From: an uncultured Pseudomonadota bacterium
GTDB lineage: Bacteria; SAR324; NAC60-12
Assembly: GCA_913020725.1 (NCBI GenBank)
Contig: CAJWCD010000056.1
Span: 1-21,948, forward strand
Direction of reading: 5' to 3'
Length of the DNA stretch: 21,948 nucleotides
Part shown: piece by piece, positions 8,923 to 21,069 of the stretch
Numbering within the stretch: the stretch's first letter is position 1
How the letters are laid out: each line of letters begins with the position of its first letter
The notes under the pieces: generated by a model
Database searches by the model: none
What the model was told of the DNA's origin: nothing
The model's input: only the letters and a program-made list of their open reading frames with translations
Program-made: the position numbers and the translations under genes

Positions 8923-9699
8923 ATGACGATGACCGAACTCCGAGCAAGCTATCCGGACCTCAAAGGCAAGACCGTGCTAGTGACTGGTGGCGGCACCGGC
9001 ATTGGCGCAACAACAGTGGCAGCGTTTGTCGAACAGGGTAGCCAGGTCGCGTTCCTCGACATTCAGGAGAACGCCTCCGAGCAGCTTGCCGATTCGTTGG
9101 CGGCAAAAGGCCAGAAACCACTGTTCCTGCCCTGCGACGTGACGGATATTCCTGCACTCCGTGAAGCCATTCGGAAAGTCGAATCGCAACTCGGCACAGT
9201 GAAAATCCTCGTCAACAACGCCGCCAACGATCAACGCCACGAACCGGAAACTGTCACTCCGGAGTATTGGGAGGAACGGTTGCGCATCAACCTGCATCAC
9301 CATTTCTTCGCCGCTCAGGCGGTGCAACCAAAGATGGCCGAATCCGGAGGTGGTTCGATCATCAACATGGGATCGTGCAGTTGGCACATGGGATTGGGCT
9401 TCATGCCTGCTTACACCACGGCCAAGGCGGCAATTGAAGGGGTCACAGTCAGCCTCGCCCGCGCCTACGGCAAGGACCGCATTCGCGTCAACTGCGTGAT
9501 TCCGGGTTCGGTGCGCACCCCACGGCAGGTGAAGGAGATTCTCACTCCTGAGTATGAGGCGTTCACCGTCGGGCAGCAGTGCCTGCCTGATCAAATCGAG
9601 CCGGAGGACATTTCCCAACTCGTGCTTTTCCTTGGTTCGGACACGAGTCGGATGTGCACCCGAGGCAACTTCTGCATGGACGCCGGCAGCGGCGCATAA
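8923..9699 (+). CDS. Short-chain dehydrogenase, D-xylose 1-dehydrogenase (XylB)/sulfoquinovose 1-dehydrogenase-like
   Basis: YPDLKGKTVLVTGGGTGIG, FLDI (acidic residue suggests NAD), NNAANDQRH, NLHHHFFAAQAV, YTTAK catalytic motif, RTPRQ; subfamily recognised from these motifs. Confidence 0.85.
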   Translation: MTMTELRASYPDLKGKTVLVTGGGTGIGATTVAAFVEQGSQVAFLDIQENASEQLADSLAAKGQKPLFLPCDVTDIPALREAIRKVESQLGTVKILVNNAANDQRHEPETVTPEYWEERLRINLHHHFFAAQAVQPKMAESGGGSIINMGSCSWHMGLGFMPAYTTAKAAIEGVTVSLARAYGKDRIRVNCVIPGSVRTPRQVKEILTPEYEAFTVGQQCLPDQIEPEDISQLVLFLGSDTSRMCTRGNFCMDAGSGA

Positions 9700-9706
9700 A
9701 ACAAAG

Positions 9707-10717
9707 ATGAGCAACAAACTACGCTGGGGCGTTCTCAGTACTGCAAAAATTGGACGCGAAATGGTGATCCCGGCGATGCAAAAAAGTCGCACGGGAGAAG
9801 TTGTGGCTCTGGCCAGTCGAGATTTGCAGCTAGCACAAGCAACCACCTCTGCTCTTGGAATTCCAAAAGCCTATGGATCATACGAGGAGTTGTTGGCCGA
9901 TCCCGAGATTGACGCGATTTACAATCCACTGCCGAACCATTTGCACGTTCCGCTGACTATCGACGCCGCCAGTGCTGGAAAGCATGTCCTCTGCGAAAAA
10001 CCGATTGCCCTCACCGCTAAGGAAGCTGCGCAACTGCTCGACGTGCAGCACGAAACCGGAGTGCTGATCACTGAAGCTTTCATGGTCCGGGACAACCCGC
10101 AGTGGCATTGGGTTCGGGATCGCGTGCAGGACGGAACCCTAGGACGACTCGTGGCCGTGCAGGCGTGCTTTTCCTACACAAACCGTGACGCCGAAAACAT
10201 CCGCAACATCCCAGAATTCGGCGGTGGTGGAATCTACGACATTGGTTGTTACCCGGTAGTCGTGAGCCGATTGTTGTTTGGAGAGGAGCCGGAAGCAGTT
10301 GCAGCGATTGTGGAGGATGATCCTGAATTCAAAACCGATCGTTTGGCCTCCGTCCTGATGCGCTTTCCTTCCGGGGGGCAGGCGAGTTTTGTCTGCAGCA
10401 CCCAGATGGTTCCATACCAGCGGGTGCAGGTTTATGGCACCAAGCGACGCATCGAGGTAGAAATCCCCTTCAACTCACCCAACCAGATGCCGTGCCGGGT
10501 GTTTCTCGATGAGGGTGAATCCACGCATGACCGCTTCCGAACGATCACTGATCTACCCATAGTTGATCAGTACACTTGTCAGGCTGAAACCTTTGAGGCA
10601 AGAGTCCGGGAGGGGGACATTGATGACGGACCTGTGCAGGATGCTGTCGCGAACATGCGTGTTCTGGATGCCCTCTATTGTGCCGGAAAATCCGGATCGT
10701 GGGAGTCTGTGGCTTAG
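9707..10717 (+). CDS. Gfo/Idh/MocA-family oxidoreductase (sugar dehydrogenase-like)
   Basis: LRWGVLSTAKIG, YNPLPNHLH, GKHVLCEKP, GGGGIYDIGCY. Start at ATG 9707 (MSNKLRW), 7 nt after the SDR stop. Confidence 0.92.
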   Translation: MSNKLRWGVLSTAKIGREMVIPAMQKSRTGEVVALASRDLQLAQATTSALGIPKAYGSYEELLADPEIDAIYNPLPNHLHVPLTIDAASAGKHVLCEKPIALTAKEAAQLLDVQHETGVLITEAFMVRDNPQWHWVRDRVQDGTLGRLVAVQACFSYTNRDAENIRNIPEFGGGGIYDIGCYPVVVSRLLFGEEPEAVAAIVEDDPEFKTDRLASVLMRFPSGGQASFVCSTQMVPYQRVQVYGTKRRIEVEIPFNSPNQMPCRVFLDEGESTHDRFRTITDLPIVDQYTCQAETFEARVREGDIDDGPVQDAVANMRVLDALYCAGKSGSWESVA

Positions 10718-11358
10718 GTCAACTCAGCTGTTCTGGCAACGAGATCACGGGCGACCCCTTCCAAGGCTCGCCAGCTTTTATCTGCCACCACTTGCTTCGG
10801 CATCATCCAGCCTCCGCCAACCGTGAGGACATTGGGTATGGTAAGGTAGGCTCGAAAATTATCAGAGTTGATGCCTCCGGTTGGAACGAAGTCCACGTCC
10901 GGAAAGACGGGTGCGAAATTCTTGAGGCGGTCCATGCCCATGGAAGCCACTGCTGGAAAGAGCTTGAGCGTGGTGCAACCTGCTTCACGGGCGGCAAAGA
11001 CTTCGGAAGCGGTTTCAGTTCCGGGAAGGTAGGGCAGTCCAAGTTTTTGGGCAGCTTCAACGAGGGGTAGATGCAGTGCCGCACTGACCGCAAAATCCAC
11101 TCCGGATTCGTGAGCTTGGCGCAGTTGCTCCTCCCGCACCACCGTGCCAATGCCAACGCAAGCATCCGGGAGTTCTTTTCTGAGGGCTTCTACGGCTGCC
11201 CACGCCTGAGGAGTCCGCAGAGTGATTTCAAAGACCGTCAACCCTCCAGCATGGAGGGCTTTGGCAATTTCCGTGGATTCCTGCACCTCCCGGACGGTCA
11301 TCACCGGAATTGCAGGAACCCCTGAAAGTAGTTTTCGCAATGGAGTTTCAGTCAACAT
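10714..11358 (-). CDS. eda: KDPG/KHG aldolase family
   Basis: FEITLRT, GIGTV, LPGTETASE, LKLFPA (Schiff-base Lys), PTGGI; variant VSAA and GGGW motifs. Confidence 0.85.
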   Translation of the reverse strand: MLTETPLRKLLSGVPAIPVMTVREVQESTEIAKALHAGGLTVFEITLRTPQAWAAVEALRKELPDACVGIGTVVREEQLRQAHESGVDFAVSAALHLPLVEAAQKLGLPYLPGTETASEVFAAREAGCTTLKLFPAVASMGMDRLKNFAPVFPDVDFVPTGGINSDNFRAYLTIPNVLTVGGGWMMPKQVVADKSWRALEGVARDLVARTAELT

Positions 11359-11379
11359 TTCAATTGAAAGAGGTTAGGG

Positions 11380-12327
11380 ATGGACGAAATCATTCTTGTT
11401 AAATCAGCAATGATCTTACCAGAAGTAGAAACCCACTTAGCAACACAATTCAAGGTTCATGAGCTTTGGAAAACAGATATTGAAGAATCATTCATTGCAA
11501 AAATTCGTGATCGCGTGAGAGGAGTTGCCACCGAAGGCTGGGCACCACAATCATTCATCGATTCCCTTCCAAATCTCAAAATCATTGCCAGCTTTGGGGT
11601 TGGTTACGAAGGCGTAGATGTTGAACATGCCACCAAACGCGAAATAACCGTCACCAACACACCCGACATACTCACCGAAGAGGTTGCCGATTACGCGATT
11701 GGTTTGTTGCTGGCAACCACACGCGGGATCGTGGAAGGGGACCGCTTTGTAAGAGAAGGCCGCTGGACCCAAGGCTTGTTGCCGCTAAAAAAACGAGTTT
11801 ATGGCCAACGCCTCGGCATCCTCGGACTGGGACGCATCGGCAAAGCCATCGCCCGCCGTGCAGAGGCGTTCGACATGACCATCGCTTACCACGGGCGCAG
11901 TGAGCAGCCGGAGGTCGCCTATCGGTTTGAGCCAAGTCTTGTGGAACTGGCTCGGAACTCGGACTTCCTCATCGCCAGTTGCGTGGGTGGTGAGTCCACT
12001 CGCAATTTGATCAACAAGGAGGTGCTCGAAGCTCTTGGAGCGTCCGGAATCCTTGTCAACGTCGCCCGTGGTTCGGTCGTGGACGAACCCGCACTGATCT
12101 CCGCTCTTCAATCCGGCACCCTACTCGCAGCGGGATTGGACGTCTTCACCAACGAACCCCATGTGCCTGAAGAATTGATTCAGATGCCCAACATTGTGCT
12201 GCAACCTCACCAGGCCAGTGCCACCAAGCAAACCCGGCTCGCCATGGGACAATTGATGGTGGACAACCTCGACGCTCATTTCTCCGGAAAGCCAACGCTG
12301 ACTCCGGTTAACTCGATCACAAAATAA
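11380..12327 (+). CDS. D-isomer-specific 2-hydroxyacid dehydrogenase (glyoxylate/hydroxypyruvate/2-ketogluconate reductase-like)
   Basis: [36 protein letters not shown] (Arg-Glu-His triad); GAGG upstream. Confidence 0.93.
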   Translation: MDEIILVKSAMILPEVETHLATQFKVHELWKTDIEESFIAKIRDRVRGVATEGWAPQSFIDSLPNLKIIASFGVGYEGVDVEHATKREITVTNTPDILTEEVADYAIGLLLATTRGIVEGDRFVREGRWTQGLLPLKKRVYGQRLGILGLGRIGKAIARRAEAFDMTIAYHGRSEQPEVAYRFEPSLVELARNSDFLIASCVGGESTRNLINKEVLEALGASGILVNVARGSVVDEPALISALQSGTLLAAGLDVFTNEPHVPEELIQMPNIVLQPHQASATKQTRLAMGQLMVDNLDAHFSGKPTLTPVNSITK

Positions 12328-12349
12328 ACCTTATGCCTTCTCCAAGCTG

Positions 12350-12910
12350 ATGCCTGACCCTCGTCTGCACTTCGTCACTTCCAACGAAAACAAGCGGCGA
12401 GAACTCGAAGCCCTGCTCGGCGAGCCGCTCGGGCAGGAATCTTTTGAGCTTCTGGAACTCCAGACCTCTGTACTGGAAGACATCACCCGCCACAAACTCC
12501 ACGCTGCTTTTGAGCATCTGCAAAAACCTGTCGTGGTTGAGGACACCTCGCTCTATTTCTTGGCGTGGAACGAACTTCCGGGGCCGCTCGTCAAATGGTT
12601 CCTCAAGAATCTTGGCCCAGATGGAATGGTGCAAGCGCTGAAACCCTTTCGGGACTTTCGGGCCAAGGCCGTGTGCTGCCTCGGTTACACCGAGAATGGT
12701 GAAGTCATGCACCTTTTCCGAGGCAAGGTTGCGGGCAAGATCGTACCGGCACGCGGCTCCCGTGAGTTCGGATGGGATCCAATTTTCCAGCCGGAAGGTT
12801 TTTCTAAAACCTTTGGAGAGTTGACTGGGGATGAGAAAGCCACCGTCTCCATGCGTGCCCAAGCAGCACGCCAGTTCCGGAAATTTCTAAGCGGGGAAAA
12901 CACCTCCTAA
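12350..12910 (+). CDS. Non-canonical purine NTP pyrophosphatase (ITPase, Ham1/RdgB family)
   Basis: [41 protein letters not shown]. Confidence 0.92.
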   Translation: MPDPRLHFVTSNENKRRELEALLGEPLGQESFELLELQTSVLEDITRHKLHAAFEHLQKPVVVEDTSLYFLAWNELPGPLVKWFLKNLGPDGMVQALKPFRDFRAKAVCCLGYTENGEVMHLFRGKVAGKIVPARGSREFGWDPIFQPEGFSKTFGELTGDEKATVSMRAQAARQFRKFLSGENTS

Positions 12911-12918
12911 ACCGGACC

Positions 12919-13899
12919 CTAAACCGCCTTTTCTTCCGGAACGCGGTACTCCCGACTGTGTAGCAGGTAGGGAATCCCGCCCAACATATAGACTGCAAGC
13001 TGGACGATGATGTAGAGGTTGAAGACATCCGCGCCTCCGGAAAGCCCCACCAGCTGATATAGCGATTCAAACGCGGCATGGCCAATACCGATGCCTCCGG
13101 GTGCAACCGGAAGTGCAATGGTGATCAGGCCAATGGGCATGATGAAGAACTGAGTGGCCAGTTCCATTCCGAAGATTCCCATCATTTGGGCGATCTCAAA
13201 AAACAGCAGGGCAACCATGGAATGCACTCCAATCGAGATCAGCAGGGTCACAAGCAGGGTGCGGCGATGGTGCTGGAAACTCTTGAAAGCCGTATAGACC
13301 TTGAGCGTGAACCCGCTGGCGGGCAAACGCTGGAAAAACCGGATGAAAGGGTCTTGCCCTTCCCGGAATGGATACAGCACCACACCATAAAACAGCAGCG
13401 TTCCCACAAATAGTCCGGCGATCATCCATGCCAAAGGGTGTAGCGATGCCTTGCCAAGGATCAGATCCCAGTTCGTGGCCAGCGCGATGAAGGCCATCAC
13501 GATCAATCCAAACAACCCCACAAAGCGGTCAATGAGCAGCGTCATGAACGCCCGCGTCCGCCCTTCGGCTTCCTGTTCCCGGATCACATAGTAGCCTTTC
13601 ACGACATCTCCTGTGACTGCGCCGGGTAGCGTCATGTTGAAGAAACTGCCGATCCACGTCAGCAGGAAAGCGCGGTTGGGTGTCACGGCCAAGCCAATCG
13701 CCCGCAGTAGCAACCACCACCGCAGTGCCGACATCGGCACCACCAACAAAGCCAGCACCGCCACCATCGTCGCCAACATCCCCGGATGCTCGTGGAACAG
13801 CAACAGCCGCTCAATGTTGAGACGCCCGCTCTGGACCAAATAGGTCAGGATCACTGCAACAATTCCAAACTTGAGGAGCGTGAGAAGCAGACGTTTCAT
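12919..13899 (-). CDS. Lysylphosphatidylglycerol synthase TM-domain / flippase-like membrane protein (UPF0104)
   Basis: ALRWWLLL, FFNMTLPGAVTGDVVKGY, IDRFVGL, LPVAPGGIGIG; polytopic hydrophobic pattern. Confidence 0.88.
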   Translation of the reverse strand: MKRLLLTLLKFGIVAVILTYLVQSGRLNIERLLLFHEHPGMLATMVAVLALLVVPMSALRWWLLLRAIGLAVTPNRAFLLTWIGSFFNMTLPGAVTGDVVKGYYVIREQEAEGRTRAFMTLLIDRFVGLFGLIVMAFIALATNWDLILGKASLHPLAWMIAGLFVGTLLFYGVVLYPFREGQDPFIRFFQRLPASGFTLKVYTAFKSFQHHRRTLLVTLLISIGVHSMVALLFFEIAQMMGIFGMELATQFFIMPIGLITIALPVAPGGIGIGHAAFESLYQLVGLSGGADVFNLYIIVQLAVYMLGGIPYLLHSREYRVPEEKAV

Positions 13900-13915
13900 C
13901 GAACAGAAATTTTAC

Positions 13916-14440
13916 TCAACGGAAAAGCAACAGGACTCCAGCCAGCAGCCAGCAGCCAGCAGCCAGCAGCGACCAGCCACGAGGCTGGAAAATACCGAGA
14001 GCAGTCAAGTATCCCAAACTGACCCAAAATGAAAAGCCGAAGGAAATCCAGAGTGCCCAGGCCAACTCCGGGATCGCTCCCCACAGGAGGGCATAGATGC
14101 CCCCGTGCCCCGCTTCGACCACAAGCGTTCGAGTTCCGTAACTCTGGCCGCAACTCCGGCAACATCCGTGTTGCCGGAGAAACGAGAACACCGGAACGTT
14201 TTCCCACCAGCGCAATTGATGACCGCACGAAAAACAAAAGGATCGCACCGGATGAGCAAGGGAGAGTGTTCCCTCCCGGAGGTGCTGGCACAAGCGTTCC
14301 CCAAAGTTTTCATCCTGCCAATGCTGACGATTCGTGTCGCTGCCCCACATCAGCGGCAGGCGCTCCAAGGCAAGGTTGACAAAGCTGCCGACCACGAGTC
14401 CGAACGTTCCTCCCAAGAGTGTGACCATTCCAAAATCCAT
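13916..14440 (-). CDS. Prepilin peptidase (PilD/A24) N-terminal Zn-binding domain protein lacking the peptidase domain
   Basis: GLVVGSFVNLALERLP, RSFCFSCGHQLRWWENVPVFSFLRQHGCCRSC, LVVE; 174 aa from ATG 14440 (alternative 14497); no catalytic Asp motifs. Confidence 0.8.
   Translation of the reverse strand: MDFGMVTLLGGTFGLVVGSFVNLALERLPLMWGSDTNRQHWQDENFGERLCQHLREGTLSLAHPVRSFCFSCGHQLRWWENVPVFSFLRQHGCCRSCGQSYGTRTLVVEAGHGGIYALLWGAIPELAWALWISFGFSFWVSLGYLTALGIFQPRGWSLLAAGCWLLAGVLLLFR
13939..13970. repeat. Tandem heptamer repeat (CAGCCAG)x4 + CAGC
   Basis: Read directly; lies within the last codons of the PilD-N gene. Confidence 0.9.
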
Positions 14441-14504
14441 GCAACCGTCTGATGTCTGAGCAAGCAAGGATTTCAGCGAATCCCCAAAAAAACTCATTTC
14501 AGGC

Positions 14505-14533
14505 TTGAAATCACTAAATGCGCATATTATGAT
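14505..14533 (+). promoter_or_regulatory. sigma70 promoter of the regulator-metH-metF operon
   Basis: TTGAAA (14505-14510), 17-nt spacer, TATGAT (14528-14533) in an AT-rich intergenic region. Confidence 0.75.
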
Positions 14534-14535
14534 TT

Positions 14536-14561
14536 ATTGTATCATCGTATGTCGATGCAAT
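14536..14561. promoter_or_regulatory. Palindromic operator, candidate SahR/SamR binding site
   Basis: ATTGTATC-N10-GATGCAAT (7 of 8 arm positions complementary), immediately downstream of the -10 box and covering the predicted start site. Confidence 0.65.
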
Positions 14562-14580
14562 GATTTGCAAGGAAATCGAG

Positions 14581-15537
14581 ATGGAGAAACTGACACAAGT
14601 GCTACGACTGCTGGGCGAAGAGACACGACTCCGGCTGCTGATTCTGCTCTCGCAGAGTCCGCTCAACGTGAGTGAGTTGACCACAATTTTGGGAATGGCG
14701 CAATCCGGCGTTTCCCGGCATTTGGGGCAACTCCGCAAAATGGGACTGCTCCAAGAGCAACGCGAAGGCGTTTGGAGCTATTACCAGCTTGCTCGTCCGG
14801 AAGCCTTGGACCCCGAACTTCGCATGCTCTGGAGTTATCTTCAGGAACAGCTCTCGACCCTCAACGACCCCTACAGCGACCGGGTGCGCCTCGCCGAGGT
14901 TTTGCGGCAACGCAAGGTCGGCGGCTCCGGACTCAACGAGCGCTTGCTGGAACCGGGGCAATCGTGGCAAGCGTGGTCTCGGCTGCTGGCGATGCTGCTT
15001 TCCCAAATCCCCAATTCGCGTCCCGCGCTTAGAATCAGCGAATCCGGACTGGATGTGGTGGACCTTGGCTGCGGAGACGGCACCCTCACGGTAGAGATGG
15101 CTCGCTTTGCGCGTCGCGTCGTTGGAGTCGATTTCAATCCAGACACTCTTGCTGCGGCGCGACAGCGCATTGATCGACTTGGCCTGCGGAATGTCACGCT
15201 GCTCGCCGAGAACGTCAATGAACTGTCGCTCGATTCCGGTAGCGTTGACGTGGCGTTCTTCTCCCAATCGCTGCACCATCTTGACGATCCCAAGAGCGGA
15301 TTCCGGGAGGCCTTCCGCATTCTGCGTCCCGGAGGTTGCGTCTTTGTGATGGAACTCGCCGCGCACCGCGAGCAGTGGGTGCTAGAAAAACTCAACCACA
15401 AGTGGCTCGGTTTTGAGCGTGACAATCTGCTCAGCATCATGCAGGAAACTGGACTGACCGAACTGCAATCCGAACTGCTCCCCCTGCGTCGGGAGGAGTT
15501 ATTCCAAGTGATGCTCGCCAGCGGTATCAAAGCTTAA
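14581..15537 (+). CDS. sahR: ArsR-family HTH fused to a class I SAM-binding (methyltransferase-fold) domain; SahR/SamR-type methionine-cycle regulator
   Basis: N-terminal [26 protein letters not shown] (ArsR); C-terminal [24 protein letters not shown]. Directly upstream of metH-metF. ATG 14581 with AAGGA upstream. SahR versus SamR orthology not resolved. Confidence 0.8.
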   Translation: MEKLTQVLRLLGEETRLRLLILLSQSPLNVSELTTILGMAQSGVSRHLGQLRKMGLLQEQREGVWSYYQLARPEALDPELRMLWSYLQEQLSTLNDPYSDRVRLAEVLRQRKVGGSGLNERLLEPGQSWQAWSRLLAMLLSQIPNSRPALRISESGLDVVDLGCGDGTLTVEMARFARRVVGVDFNPDTLAAARQRIDRLGLRNVTLLAENVNELSLDSGSVDVAFFSQSLHHLDDPKSGFREAFRILRPGGCVFVMELAAHREQWVLEKLNHKWLGFERDNLLSIMQETGLTELQSELLPLRREELFQVMLASGIKA

Positions 15538-15554
15538 TCCACTCCGGAGAAACC

Positions 15555-19283
<3,729 letters not shown>

Positions 19284-19290
19284 GACTCCG

Positions 19291-20187
19291 ATGAAACTGA
19301 TTGACCTCTATCGCCGCAAGTCCTTCGTCTTTTCCATCGAGGTTTTTCCTGCAAAAACCGCTGAGGGCATGGAAACCCTGAAGCAGACGCTGGGCACCTT
19401 TGCCAAGTTCCGCCCGGACTACTTCTCCGTGACCTACGGCGCAGGAGGAGGCACTCGCGAGAACACCCACGCGCTGGCCACCCATCTTCAGAACAAGCTC
19501 GGCATCGAGACGATGGCACATCTTACCTGCGTCAGCCACACCGGTCAGGAAATCGAAGTGCTGCTGCGTCGGCTGGAGAAATCCGGGATCGAAAACGTGA
19601 TGGCGTTGCGGGGCGATCCACCGCAAGGTTCAACAGAATTCCGGAGGCCCAAAAATGCTTACAACTACGCCTGCGAATTGGTAGCCGCCATCCAGAAACG
19701 TGGAGGCTTCGGCATTGGTGCCGCAGGCTATCCGGAAGGGCACATCGAAAATCCTGACCAGGACGCCGACCGCCACTTCCTCGTCGGAAAAATCAACGCC
19801 GGAGTGGACTTCATCGCCACCCAGTTCTTTCTCGACAACTCCTTCTTTCTGCGCTGGCGTGACCAACTCGCTGCTGACGGTGTGAGCGTCCCGCTGGTTC
19901 CCGGGCTGCTGGTTCCCACTTCCCTGAAGCAACTCACCCGCATGGCCGATTTCTGTGGAATCAGCATTCCCAACAAACTCCGCATTCAACTGGAAACCCA
20001 CCACACCGATCCGGAAGCCATGAAGCAGATCGGCTTGGAACACACCTCCCGCCAGTTGGAGAACCTGCTCCGCGAAGGCATTCCCGGCATTCACCTCTAC
20101 GCCCTCAACAAGCTCGCAACCGTGCAGCACCTCGCTCCACTGCTGCCGTATTCCTCAAAAAATCTCCTCGCTCCCTGCGCCGCCTGA
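19291..20187 (+). CDS. metF: 5,10-methylenetetrahydrofolate reductase
   Basis: FSIEVFP, SVTYGAGG, AHLTC, ALRGD, AGYPEGH, TQFF, GIHLYALN; ATG 19291, 7 nt after the metH stop. Confidence 0.95.
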   Translation: MKLIDLYRRKSFVFSIEVFPAKTAEGMETLKQTLGTFAKFRPDYFSVTYGAGGGTRENTHALATHLQNKLGIETMAHLTCVSHTGQEIEVLLRRLEKSGIENVMALRGDPPQGSTEFRRPKNAYNYACELVAAIQKRGGFGIGAAGYPEGHIENPDQDADRHFLVGKINAGVDFIATQFFLDNSFFLRWRDQLAADGVSVPLVPGLLVPTSLKQLTRMADFCGISIPNKLRIQLETHHTDPEAMKQIGLEHTSRQLENLLREGIPGIHLYALNKLATVQHLAPLLPYSSKNLLAPCAA

Positions 20188-20188
20188 G

Positions 20189-20219
20189 AATCCGGTTTGG
20201 ATCAACCACCGGATTTGTT
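20189..20219 (+). terminator. Possible terminator hairpin after metF
   Basis: AATCCGGT (20189-20196) and ACCGGATT (20208-20215) inverted repeat followed by TGTT; weak U-tract. Confidence 0.4.
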
Positions 20220-20288
20220 AGACTGTCCACACAATCAAACTCCTGATGTACAAGGAGTGATGACTTTTCCTCAACTTTTCAATAATCC

Positions 20289-21047
20289 ATGAACTCACAA
20301 ACAAAAATCGCCCTTGTCACGGGTGCCGGAACAGGCGTTGGCAAGCAAACCACCCTCGCGCTGCTACAGGCAGGATATTCCGTGGTTCTCGCAGGACGTC
20401 GCACAGACCCGTTGGAGGCCGCCGTCACAGAAGCCAAAGCTGAGAAATCGCGGACGTTGGTGGCGCCCACCGACGTGGGCGATCCGGATTCGGTACGAGC
20501 CTTGTTCACCCAGATCAAAAAAACCTTCGGGCGGCTGGATTTGCTCTTTAACAACGCCGGGATCGGCGCGCCTCCCGTGCCGCTGGAAGACCTCACCTAC
20601 GAGCAGTGGAAGGCGGTCGTGGACATCAATCTGACCGGAACCTTTCTCTGCACGCAGCAAGCCTTCAAGATCATGAAGGAGCAGACTCCGAGAGGCGGAC
20701 GCATCATCAACAACGGCTCCATCTCGGCGCATGTTCCGCGTCCCTTCTCGTCTCCGTACACCGCGACCAAGCATGCGATCACGGGCCTGACACGCTCCAC
20801 CTCTCTTGACGGACGCGCCTACGACATCGCCTGCGGACAGATCGACATCGGCAACGCTGCGACCGAGATGACCGCCCGCATAAGGGAAGGCATCATCCAA
20901 GCCAACGGCACCACTGCCGTGGAACCAACAATGGGGGCCGATAACGTCGCTAACGCCGTGGTTCACATGGCGAGCCTCCCGCTCGATGCCAACGTGCTGT
21001 TCATGACGGTGATGGCGTCCAAGATGCCCTTTGTCGGGCGTGGGTGA
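20289..21047 (+). CDS. Short-chain dehydrogenase/reductase, substrate unknown
   Basis: [13 protein letters not shown] (basic residues suggest NADP), FNNAG, NNGSIS, YTATK, QIDIGNA. Confidence 0.92.
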   Translation: MNSQTKIALVTGAGTGVGKQTTLALLQAGYSVVLAGRRTDPLEAAVTEAKAEKSRTLVAPTDVGDPDSVRALFTQIKKTFGRLDLLFNNAGIGAPPVPLEDLTYEQWKAVVDINLTGTFLCTQQAFKIMKEQTPRGGRIINNGSISAHVPRPFSSPYTATKHAITGLTRSTSLDGRAYDIACGQIDIGNAATEMTARIREGIIQANGTTAVEPTMGADNVANAVVHMASLPLDANVLFMTVMASKMPFVGRG

Positions 21048-21069
21048 TCCGGAAAAACATACACCTGCC

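Noticed and set aside
13896..14291. 131-aa minus-strand ORF ending in an ATGA overlap with the flippase-like gene
   Set aside because: Alternative frame of the PilD-N gene with no motifs; relevant only as the frame reached if the heptamer copy number changes.
14534..14580. SAM or cobalamin riboswitch ahead of the met operon
   Set aside because: Leader too short and AT-rich; promoter plus operator explains the region.
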